From: a virus
Lineage: Duplodnaviria; Caudoviricetes
Length of the DNA: 43,025 nt
Virus record (IMG/VR): IMGVR_UViG_3300032257_000032
Location: 1 to 43,025 of that record
Strand: one strand, 5' to 3'
Positions 28,058-36,230 of this stretch are shown here, one piece after another. Below the pieces are notes generated by a model. It saw only the letters and a list, made by a program, of their open reading frames with translations. It was not told the DNA's origin and searched no databases. A program made the position numbers and the translations under genes. Within the stretch, counting starts at the first letter, position 1. Each line of letters opens with the position of its first letter.

Positions 28058-28783
28058 TTATTTATCAAGTCCAGAGAACTCTAACCAATTCTTAGCCTTT
28101 GGAGCATTAGGATCTGTGTTAGGTGCAGCTGGATTCATTGCATTACTTAGTTGTTGAAAGGATTGCTGGGTCATCATAGCAACCTGATCGGCAGTAGCGT
28201 TAGGGTATTGAGCCTTAACTTGCTTAGATAGATTAGCTATAGCATTAGCTACTACAGGATTATCAGAGCCTGGAATGGCTGCTAGTACCTGCTTATCATT
28301 AATAGCTACATCTATTTGACCATGAAGATTAGAGGACTGAACCTCCAAATTTGATTGTAAAGCCTTACTAGCAACTAAGCCACCATGCATCATAGACTGA
28401 GTATAAGCATTTTGACCTACATACTGTAGAGCTTCAAAGAATGAACTAGGATCGCCAGCCTTAACACGGTCTACGAGTTCAGGTGGCATATTAGAGGAGA
28501 AATCTATAGAACTAGCTATATTACCAAGTGCTTCCGGTGTTAGTAGCTTGTCTGTATCTAAGGCTTTAGGAGCAGAACTTCCTTCACCATTTTCATTATT
28601 TTGCCCTAAAAAGCTCAATTGGTCAAGTGTAGTAATTTCCTCATACTGAGGTGCAGTCTTAGTAGCTGGTGCAGGCTCTATAGGCTTACCCTCAGCATCT
28701 AAGGTAGGTGGTGTTGCAGGCTCCCCTTGTGCAGGAGCTGCCTGATTAGTAGGTGCAGCTTGTTGTTTTCCAAAGTTAAACAT
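28058..28783 (-). CDS. Capsid scaffold protein
   Basis: Start MFNFG after GGAG; Pro/Ala/Gln-rich N-terminus; position before capsid gene. Confidence 0.75.
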   Translation of the reverse strand: MFNFGKQQAAPTNQAAPAQGEPATPPTLDAEGKPIEPAPATKTAPQYEEITTLDQLSFLGQNNENGEGSSAPKALDTDKLLTPEALGNIASSIDFSSNMPPELVDRVKAGDPSSFFEALQYVGQNAYTQSMMHGGLVASKALQSNLEVQSSNLHGQIDVAINDKQVLAAIPGSDNPVVANAIANLSKQVKAQYPNATADQVAMMTQQSFQQLSNAMNPAAPNTDPNAPKAKNWLEFSGLDK

Positions 28784-28845
28784 AGTGTTCTCCAAGTAGA
28801 TTAAGTATAAAAGAGTATTAGAAGGTTGCTTGTAGAGCTAGACTA

Positions 28846-28859
28846 GGATCACCTCCTTA
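28846..28859. promoter_or_regulatory. GGATCACCTCCTTA: exact 16S rRNA 3' terminus (+) / perfect 14-nt Shine-Dalgarno (-)
   Basis: Direct sequence identity; no start codon at SD spacing. Confidence 0.7.
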
Positions 28860-28916
28860 GGTACTGTTAGATTAAAGGCTATTCGTTTTGCAGGGAATAG
28901 ATTAATTGTTGCTTTG

Positions 28917-29055
28917 TGGCCGCGAAGTTTGCTAGTAGCACTGGCTGCGCTATAGCTGGCGGGTAGTGGTTTTCCGCCTGTCGGCTCAAGCGCCTTAACT
29001 CCTAGCTTGGCTTTGCCTGCGCTGGAGTGGCGTGGCGCATAGGTGCCTTCGGCCA
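28917..29055. ncRNA. Candidate structured RNA or ssDNA element
   Basis: GC-rich intergenic island with nested stems found by eye. Confidence 0.55.
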
Positions 29056-29070
29056 TTTCGAGGTTCAAGG

Positions 29071-29313
29071 TTAAGTTCCTAAGCCTATATGAATAAGGTC
29101 TAGTATAGCATCACCCGCTCCTTGCCTCTCTGCTAAGGTAGCTGGTAAGTCATCACTATTATAGTCTAAGCCATTAGCCTCCAGATTGATAGTAGCTAGC
29201 TTGTCTTGAAGGAACTGCTGGATAAGCGGATCCCCTAAGTGAGCCTTAATAGCCTTCATGTCCTCTTCAGAGAACTCATATTGCTGGAAGTAGTTATACG
29301 TTGGTGTTGCCAT
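29071..29313 (-). CDS. Small protein downstream of portal
   Basis: 80 aa; LAERQG....LDL pattern; position. Confidence 0.75.
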   Translation of the reverse strand: MATPTYNYFQQYEFSEEDMKAIKAHLGDPLIQQFLQDKLATINLEANGLDYNSDDLPATLAERQGAGDAILDLIHIGLGT

Positions 29314-31150
29314 TCTCTGGTTCTCCTACTGGTAAGCCTGTCTCAGGATCTATAACCGGAGCTTCTACCTGCTCCTGCTCTGTCCTTATGTGTTTATCTA
29401 AACCTTTGTAGCCCATAGCACTCATTAGGTCTGCAAATACGCCCTCTATGCGGAATTTCTGTGCTAGTAGTGGCATAGCCTGCAGTGTTTGAAAGGCTAT
29501 TGTTGCTGCCTCTGTAGACATTATCTTAGACTTAGGAGTAAACCCATCAGCTACCTTGAACTCTAATAGAGTCTTTCTTAAGTCTTCAGGGTTTATGGCT
29601 AGCTGCTCTCCGGAGGTTAAAGATAGTAAGTCTTGCTTAGGCTGGAATTGCAGTATATTAAGCTTGATAGATTGTTTGATTGGAGTGAATATAGAAGACT
29701 CCTCTCTTATAGCTATAAGCCTAGATCTATTATCAGAGCCTGATTGCACTCCCTCAAACTCACCCAGTGTCCTATTACCTTTACGGAAGGATCCTTGGCT
29801 AGCAGAGTTAAAGCCATGTACATACTCAGCCATCTGTATGACAGTCTGTAAGTCCTGACTTGTGGAGGCTATGCCCGTACCATCGAATGGTATAGCTCTA
29901 TATACCTGATCTATAGACTTCTCTTTATTCCTTAAAGACTTCTTAAGCGGTATCTTAGCAGCAGGTAGACTGGAGTTTACATCGTCAGCCGATACGAAGC
30001 TAGGATCATATACAGCTCTATCAGATAGTGCGCGTCTAGCAGCATTGAGGCGTATATTGATTAGCTCTGATGCTACATCCTGCCAAGGTAGTATACCCTC
30101 TGCTACGGAGCGTGTCTGATAGCCAAAGCCATCATCATTATATTGACCCATTCTAATAGGCAGAGAGTCATTGGGACTGTATATACGCTCCATGCCTAGG
30201 ATTACCTTAGCATTCACTACACGCAGTTTCCATATTTCAGGCTCTGCTGGTGTAGGAGATATAATCCCATAGTCTGCAGGGATTAAACGCATATACAGCT
30301 TAGTAACCATATAGGCATCTGAGTAGTCTGTGCCCTTACGTGCATTTGCATCATACCCTAATGCCCACTCAGCCCAGTTCATAGCCTTCTTATCTACTAT
30401 GTACTCAGAGATTATAGGGCGTTCCACATAGAGGTTTTCCATGCCTGTGATCTTAGAGGCAAAAGCCTCCTTATTGTTCATGCCTATGCCTTGCTCATTA
30501 AGGATAAGAGCTAAGCGCTTTAGTTCCAGCTTAGACATAATCTCATTATAGCCTATGTAGTCACCTCTGTCCGCTACTTCAGTAGGTGTATACCTATAGT
30601 CCCAGAAGGTGTTATACATATCTGGGCATATAAGCTTATTAACATACTCTAGAGAGAATCCTACTTTAGGCTTATCACTCGTAGTAGGGTCATCATTAAC
30701 TGCTACGTCTAGTAGCCTTCTAGGCTCCCATGCAGACTCTAGAGCATTTACATTATACTTGGCTCCATCTACAAAGTGCCTAAGGATGTGCTTAGTCCAT
30801 TCTGACTTATTAGCAAAGGAGTCTATAAGAGCCTCCATCTGATCCCCTATAGCCCTAGCATCACCCTCAGCTACTATGCCAAAGGTTGGATAGCCTGATA
30901 GGTATACCTCAGCTAAGTAGCCTACCACAGTATCTACCTGAGATACAATCAGTGGTGTCTCTATGGGAGTGTCTTTATCCTCTGCAGCGGTCTTGATAGA
31001 TTCCTTAACATAGGAGGCATAGGCAGCATCCATAGTCTTCATCTTATCAAGGAATGTAGTAAACTTAGCTTGTTTTTCTATAAGCTTCTTAACGTCAGCT
31101 ACTAACATATCATGTCCAGCTTGGCTTATAGGTAGTTTAGCGGATGCCAT
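29294..31150 (-). CDS. Portal protein
   Basis: 618 aa after terminase; PLIVSQVDT, DMYNTFWD, SQGSFRKGNRTLGEF. Confidence 0.88.
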   Translation of the reverse strand: MASAKLPISQAGHDMLVADVKKLIEKQAKFTTFLDKMKTMDAAYASYVKESIKTAAEDKDTPIETPLIVSQVDTVVGYLAEVYLSGYPTFGIVAEGDARAIGDQMEALIDSFANKSEWTKHILRHFVDGAKYNVNALESAWEPRRLLDVAVNDDPTTSDKPKVGFSLEYVNKLICPDMYNTFWDYRYTPTEVADRGDYIGYNEIMSKLELKRLALILNEQGIGMNNKEAFASKITGMENLYVERPIISEYIVDKKAMNWAEWALGYDANARKGTDYSDAYMVTKLYMRLIPADYGIISPTPAEPEIWKLRVVNAKVILGMERIYSPNDSLPIRMGQYNDDGFGYQTRSVAEGILPWQDVASELINIRLNAARRALSDRAVYDPSFVSADDVNSSLPAAKIPLKKSLRNKEKSIDQVYRAIPFDGTGIASTSQDLQTVIQMAEYVHGFNSASQGSFRKGNRTLGEFEGVQSGSDNRSRLIAIREESSIFTPIKQSIKLNILQFQPKQDLLSLTSGEQLAINPEDLRKTLLEFKVADGFTPKSKIMSTEAATIAFQTLQAMPLLAQKFRIEGVFADLMSAMGYKGLDKHIRTEQEQVEAPVIDPETGLPVGEPENGNTNV

Positions 31151-32675
31151 GTGTACTTCTCCTGAGTCTACTATTGATTGGTGTATTGTGGGCTTGTACC
31201 CGATGTTTAGATTCTACCACACCTGGCTCTAAAGTCAAGTGTACTTTTGTCTGGTATTTGTTCTTTACCATCTCGCCCATAGAGCAGCAATCTAGTATGT
31301 CATCTACGTTATTAGTCTTATCTATCTTAAACTGTATAGCCTGAAACAGCACCTTAGAACGCACTGTAGGTGATGATATATTAGATGTACCACTAAGTAA
31401 GGCTTTAATCCAAGATCTTATTCTAGATAGCTTAGCGCCTTTGCCAGGATTAAGCTCTACTACCTCTACAGTGTCTGATAGCCCGTACATAGCTAGGTAC
31501 TTGACCATCCAGAAGGCTAGTGTTTGCTGGTAAGCTACGCCCTCTACGAATATGGCAGAGCATCTATACTCTATTACGTAGTTTATAGTCTGCATAATAA
31601 CAGCTTCAGGGTCAAGTACCCTAGCTGTAAGATCTGGTATGTTTAGTTTCCAGTCTGCATAGACATCATGCACAGTTATTACATTGTCATCTGAATTCTT
31701 CTTTAGTCCTGCAGGGTCTATAGTAACAAAAGAGCCTAATCGTAGGTCTTCTTCTATATCTATAGTAGGAGCAGGTATATTGCCATCAGGCAGTAATCCC
31801 CTCTTAGCTCCCCTAGGGTCATTCTGTATCTCTGCAAACCAAGTATCAGCTTCACCCATCTCTGCGTCATGCTCATACTCATCCATTAAGGACTCTATAG
31901 TACGTATAGCTGGCCACAGTGCAGTCCTGTCAGCTAAGATAGCACCTGTTACAAGTGATGCCCACTTCTTAGAACTATGGAACTTATATAGTATACATTC
32001 CTCTGAGTACATATTACCTACCCAGAAGACAGCGCACCTTACAGGGTCACGCAGTTTGATTGCTGTACCTACTACCCAGCGCATAAGCTTTTCACGCTCT
32101 GCTGGAGACTCATCATTGGCTTGAGTCTGTGCGTCATCAAAGAGTATAAACTGTGGACGCTTATTCTTTACATTAAGTCCACGTATAGAAGTGCCAGAGC
32201 CGATAGCAGCTAGTATTACTTCCCTTCCATTGAACCTACAAGTCTTTATAGACTTAGCATCTTTACCTAGTCCTGCCTTCCAAGAACCGTAGACCTGAGA
32301 TACGTTATCAGAGCATAAGATGTCTGATACATCAGTTAGTATATCTTCACCACGCTGCTCATTAGCACCAATGACTAATAAGAAGTCTATAAGCCCATAT
32401 ATGATACAGTATACCATTAGGAGCTTTATGAAGGTAGTCTTAGCGTGGCCACGTGGTAAGCCTAGGGCAAAGCGGAATAGCTCCCCTATCTGTGCATCCT
32501 TATAATCAGGGTCTCTTTGGTGCTTCAGCTTATATAGCTGTGTGATCATGTATAGCCAAACTTCCTTATAGAACTCTGGCCAAGCTGACGTAGTAACATC
32601 AGGCATACAGAAACTAGCGAAGAAGTCTAGGTCTGTCCTGTTTAGTTCCTCTGCTTGTTCTAGGGTTAGGCTCAC
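31137..32675 (-). CDS. terL: Terminase large subunit
   Basis: Walker A LPRGHAKTT, IRGL, ILFDD, VGN, EIQNDP, TIDPA, DDILD. Confidence 0.95.
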   Translation of the reverse strand: MSLTLEQAEELNRTDLDFFASFCMPDVTTSAWPEFYKEVWLYMITQLYKLKHQRDPDYKDAQIGELFRFALGLPRGHAKTTFIKLLMVYCIIYGLIDFLLVIGANEQRGEDILTDVSDILCSDNVSQVYGSWKAGLGKDAKSIKTCRFNGREVILAAIGSGTSIRGLNVKNKRPQFILFDDAQTQANDESPAEREKLMRWVVGTAIKLRDPVRCAVFWVGNMYSEECILYKFHSSKKWASLVTGAILADRTALWPAIRTIESLMDEYEHDAEMGEADTWFAEIQNDPRGAKRGLLPDGNIPAPTIDIEEDLRLGSFVTIDPAGLKKNSDDNVITVHDVYADWKLNIPDLTARVLDPEAVIMQTINYVIEYRCSAIFVEGVAYQQTLAFWMVKYLAMYGLSDTVEVVELNPGKGAKLSRIRSWIKALLSGTSNISSPTVRSKVLFQAIQFKIDKTNNVDDILDCCSMGEMVKNKYQTKVHLTLEPGVVESKHRVQAHNTPINSRLRRSTHGIR

Positions 32676-33307
32676 TAGGCTTCTTCTGGCTCATTAGCTT
32701 CTGTAGTAGCTCTAGGCGGCGCTTTTGTGCTTTCATGTTCTAAGTCCTCTATACCCTGGATATCTAAGGCTTTGGCTATGTGGTCATTGCGTTCAGGAAA
32801 CTTCTTAGATTGTATCATATCCATAGTGGCTTTATAAGGCATAGATGCCATAGTCCTGCCATTGATAGATTCTATTTGATTGTTCTGGGTAAGTGTGAGC
32901 TGTATCTGGGTTTCCCCTATATGGGATAGTGTAAGGTTTAGTGTAGAGCCTACTTCTGCTTGCTGTATACCTGCTGCCTCTTGTGAACGCTTAACAGCCT
33001 CTACACGCTGCAGTGCGGCAGTAACCTCTGATAGGGATTCAGACTCTGGTACTAGCAGCTTTATCTGAGTTAGTAGGTCTCGCTCTATGGAGCGTAGGGA
33101 TGTGTCCTTATTGATCTCATGTTGTACTTGCTTGGCTGTGGCAGCAACTAGTAGAGCCTGCAGGTCTTCTGAGGAATCTATTAGCTGTGCAATCTTATCA
33201 GGATGACAGCCGAGAGCTAGCGCTATAGTGTCTGTAGGTATCTTCAAGGATAGCATAGTGGCTATCTTATCTAATGGTAATCCATAGGACTGTAAGCTAG
33301 TAGTCAT
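32675..33307 (-). CDS. terS: Terminase small subunit (putative)
   Basis: N-terminal HTH-like IALALGCHPDKIAQL; directly upstream of terL. Confidence 0.65.
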   Translation of the reverse strand: MTTSLQSYGLPLDKIATMLSLKIPTDTIALALGCHPDKIAQLIDSSEDLQALLVAATAKQVQHEINKDTSLRSIERDLLTQIKLLVPESESLSEVTAALQRVEAVKRSQEAAGIQQAEVGSTLNLTLSHIGETQIQLTLTQNNQIESINGRTMASMPYKATMDMIQSKKFPERNDHIAKALDIQGIEDLEHESTKAPPRATTEANEPEEA

Positions 33308-33524
33308 AGTGTCTCAAATTTTTTAAAAATAATAGATAGGTTGCTTTAATATATGGTTACTGTGGAGTTCAAAAAGGCCGCATACCCCCCGTCTTGCCAC
33401 GTACTATAGGATATATATATAGAAGCTTCCTTATATTCTTGGCTTTTATATATGCTCTTACTTGTGCGCAGCACTCATTACTAGGTTTTGATCTTACGAG
33501 CGAAGCGAGCGATTTTGCTAAGAA

Positions 33525-33537
33525 AATCAAGGACTTA
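33525..33537 (+). promoter_or_regulatory. IHF consensus site AATCAAGGACTTA
   Basis: Exact match to WATCAANNNNTTR upstream of terS. Confidence 0.6.
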
Positions 33538-33585
33538 CAAGCCTAAGCTATGCCTTGATCTAGTGCCTATCTAATAGCCTATCTA

Positions 33586-34272
33586 TTAGAATTCGAAGGC
33601 ATTCTCTTTTGGTGCTTCAGCGTCAATATAACTATACATCTTGACTGTATAAGTTATTACTTCCTGTGCTGTTTCCTCTGGTAACATATCCATAAAGGTT
33701 CCAATTTGTCGCCTTACCGCTTGCTTGTAGTTATCAGGCTGCTTAGTAATGTACTTGCCGCTTTCAACCAGTTCAATAAGGTTGTCTTTACTAGCTTGTG
33801 GAATATCCAGCGCAGCTACATAAGCCTTAAAGTACTTCATCCATAAAGCTTTAGTAACTAGGAATTGATTCCCGCCACCTGATGCTTCTAGAAATGTTTC
33901 CCAGTTATCCGCAGCCGGATTCGCTTGTCCGTCATATTGTGGCTCTTTATCCTCGTTAGTTGTCCAGCGTATAGCATTTCGCACTGGTGCTAAGATTAAA
34001 GCCGTTACAGCTTTCTGTACTGCTGCAAGTACTTGGTCATTATAGATAATAGATAAGACACCGTCTTTATCTGTCTTTAGCTCATCGGGTGCAGGTAAAT
34101 TGCTATGCACCATATCTAAAGAAGGTAAGAAACAGTCTGTATATCCAAAGACTGTTCGCTTACCTTTACCGTCTGCCTGTTTGACATTTGTAGCTAGCTC
34201 GATCTTAGAAGGATGCCAAGGTTGATTGATATCTAAAGTTTCGCCTGTGTCTACTGCTGTTTGATCAGTCAT
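33586..34272 (-). CDS. Hypothetical protein with its own sigma70 promoter
   Basis: 228 aa; GGAG RBS. Confidence 0.85.
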   Translation of the reverse strand: MTDQTAVDTGETLDINQPWHPSKIELATNVKQADGKGKRTVFGYTDCFLPSLDMVHSNLPAPDELKTDKDGVLSIIYNDQVLAAVQKAVTALILAPVRNAIRWTTNEDKEPQYDGQANPAADNWETFLEASGGGNQFLVTKALWMKYFKAYVAALDIPQASKDNLIELVESGKYITKQPDNYKQAVRRQIGTFMDMLPEETAQEVITYTVKMYSYIDAEAPKENAFEF

Positions 34273-34337
34273 AATGTTATTACTCCATAATAGAAAGATA
34301 TTAGAATACTGGAAGCGTTATTGCTGCCAGTCCATAT

Positions 34338-34365
34338 ATCATACACTATTCAGAGAGTGAGTCAA
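34338..34365 (-). promoter_or_regulatory. Sigma70 promoter, leftward
   Basis: TTGACT-16 bp-TATGAT with AT-rich upstream. Confidence 0.7.
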
Positions 34366-34494
34366 GTTATTCTGTAAATTAAAAATTTCCCCTATAAAGC
34401 CATGTAAGCCTATTAGAGCGTATCAACTCTTAGCCCTTATACTGCTATCAATTCATAAAGATAACCCTAAATCAATAAAAACTATAAATAACTA

Positions 34495-34523
34495 TAGACA
34501 TACTAGATTTTATAGGCTATACT
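34495..34523 (+). promoter_or_regulatory. Sigma70 promoter, rightward
   Basis: TAGACA-17 bp-TATACT with A-rich UP-like element. Confidence 0.7.
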
Positions 34524-34557
34524 TAGTACTCAATCAATTAATAAAGGAATAAATACT

Positions 34558-34806
34558 ATGAGTCAATCAATAATCAACATGCCTTATACCCTTGCTGTTT
34601 ATAGACATGATCTAGCTATATATCTGAATGCTTATAGAATAGCCAAAGCCAGACTAAGAACTAAACGTTATAACATGGGTAAGTGTCTAGCAGAATGCAA
34701 AGCTGCAAAGCGTAACCTTAAAAGAACTACAGAAATACTTCATTCTCTAATGTTCCTTTCTGGTGCTACTAGTGTAAAACCTCAACACTGGGACTTAGCA
34801 GCATGA
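34558..34806 (+). CDS. Basic early protein
   Basis: AAGGA RBS after promoter. Confidence 0.75.
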   Translation: MSQSIINMPYTLAVYRHDLAIYLNAYRIAKARLRTKRYNMGKCLAECKAAKRNLKRTTEILHSLMFLSGATSVKPQHWDLAA

Positions 34807-34985
34807 ATATCTATAACTTAACAGATAACGAGCTAGCCGCCTTTAACATGCTTAGTGTAGACTTATATAATACTAAGCAAGTTTTTGGCATAGATAATCA
34901 TTACGATACAGACATACAAGATATACTCGAAGCTATTGAACAGCTTCATAGTGTATTAGACTTAATAACCGATGTATCCAGTTAA
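34803..34985 (+). CDS. Small acidic early protein
   Basis: ATGA overlap; D/E-rich. Confidence 0.65.
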   Translation: MNIYNLTDNELAAFNMLSVDLYNTKQVFGIDNHYDTDIQDILEAIEQLHSVLDLITDVSS

Positions 34986-35371
34986 TGCTATCTAATATCC
35001 AAAAAATAGAATCCAATGATTGCGCTGTAGTAGCTATAGCGCAATTGTTGGGTATTCCTTATGATGACGCATGGAAGGCGCTAGAGTTACAAGGACGTAA
35101 ACAAGGAAGGGGAGCAATGGCTTATCAGATACTAAATGCGCTTAGATATTTGGATGTAAAGTTTGAGCGTGTGGATTGTCTAAAACCTGATAATAGCAAA
35201 TACACTGCTAAGACTATCAATAGGAAGTTTATCTGTGGTAGATACTTGTTACTAACTACAGATCACGCAATAGCACTGATAGATGGCAAAATACAAGATT
35301 GGACAAAAGACCGACATCATAGGATCTTAGCCGCCTACTACATTGACTTGCCAGACCTAATACCCTTTTAA
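34985..35371 (+). CDS. Peptidase C39-like (papain-fold) protein
   Basis: NDCAVVAIA..LGIPYDDA, GRYLL....HAIALIDGKIQDW. Confidence 0.7.
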   Translation: MLSNIQKIESNDCAVVAIAQLLGIPYDDAWKALELQGRKQGRGAMAYQILNALRYLDVKFERVDCLKPDNSKYTAKTINRKFICGRYLLLTTDHAIALIDGKIQDWTKDRHHRILAAYYIDLPDLIPF

Positions 35372-35414
35372 TCCTTAGGGTAATTCTGGCTGTAATTCCT
35401 ATATAATCTATCTT

Positions 35415-35460
35415 TATACGGAACAACCATACATTAAGCCAGCCTATATACGGAACAACC
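35415..35460 (+). repeat. Two copies of TATACGGAACAACC, 32-bp period
   Basis: 35415..35428 and 35447..35460. Confidence 0.9.
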
Positions 35461-35847
35461 GCTTAGTAAGCATACAAGCCTAGTAGATTTATAATTTCCA
35501 TTATTCCCATTATTCCTTAAATTCACGGGATTTTGGCATGGGGTGGACTTCATCTCATACCATGACCATTCTATCTACTAGCCTACCTACCTACTAGCAA
35601 GCCCACACTAGGGCTTAGGACTTAGGGTCTAGCTCTTAATGTGGGACTTAGCTCTTAATGGGTTTATAGGTATGTATAAGTTTTATATTTTAAATTTTGA
35701 TATCCTTAATATATCTACCTTTACAGGCAAGAGCTAATAGAACTTATAAGCCTAGTAGCATTCCTATACTATATATAATACCTCAATTCCCTAATTCAGT
35801 CCCTACCCCACCCCAAAATCCGACTAATTATCGAAATAAGAAAAATA

Positions 35848-35876
35848 TTGACAATATTGCAATTTTACTGTATATT
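35848..35876 (+). promoter_or_regulatory. Strong sigma70 promoter for the main early operon
   Basis: TTGACA-17 bp-TATATT with A-tract upstream. Confidence 0.85.
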
Positions 35877-35933
35877 GGAGATTCGATCAAAATTTCATCT
35901 ATTAGCCAATAGGCTATCTAATAGGGGTACAGT

Positions 35934-36191
35934 ATGGATAGACAAACAATGAGAGAGTGTAGAGTATTAAAAGATACTACTAGCAGAGACGGGTACATAC
36001 TAAGAGCTACAGAGGACGGCAAGGTAGGCTTTATAAATCCTAGTCAAGTATCACTAGTAAGCGCAGGGCAAGTATGGCTCTGTACAATACTAGATGAGAA
36101 TGCTAGATACTTTAAAGCTAGGCTAGTAGAGGCAGTCCACCAAACTAGAAGGGACGTGCAGCATTACCCACATAGTAACCACAACGTATAA
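35934..36191 (+). CDS. Hypothetical small beta-barrel protein
   Basis: AGGGG RBS; DGKVGFI...GQVWLC. Confidence 0.7.
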   Translation: MDRQTMRECRVLKDTTSRDGYILRATEDGKVGFINPSQVSLVSAGQVWLCTILDENARYFKARLVEAVHQTRRDVQHYPHSNHNV

Positions 36192-36230
36192 GCAATAGCG
36201 TAGGCTCTAAGAGCCAAAGGAATAGAGTAC

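Noticed and set aside
28846-28859. rRNA gene fragment
   Set aside because: Identity is limited to 14 nt; flanks are not 16S-like
28838-29068. 76-aa ORF on the - strand
   Set aside because: TTG start without RBS and atypical composition; better explained by the structured element, though not excluded
35415-35460. Mini-CRISPR array
   Set aside because: Only two 14-bp repeats with an 18-bp gap; the Cas4-like nuclease is an ordinary phage exonuclease
35697-35912. 71-aa ORF
   Set aside because: TTG start, no RBS, overlaps the promoter and low-complexity DNA
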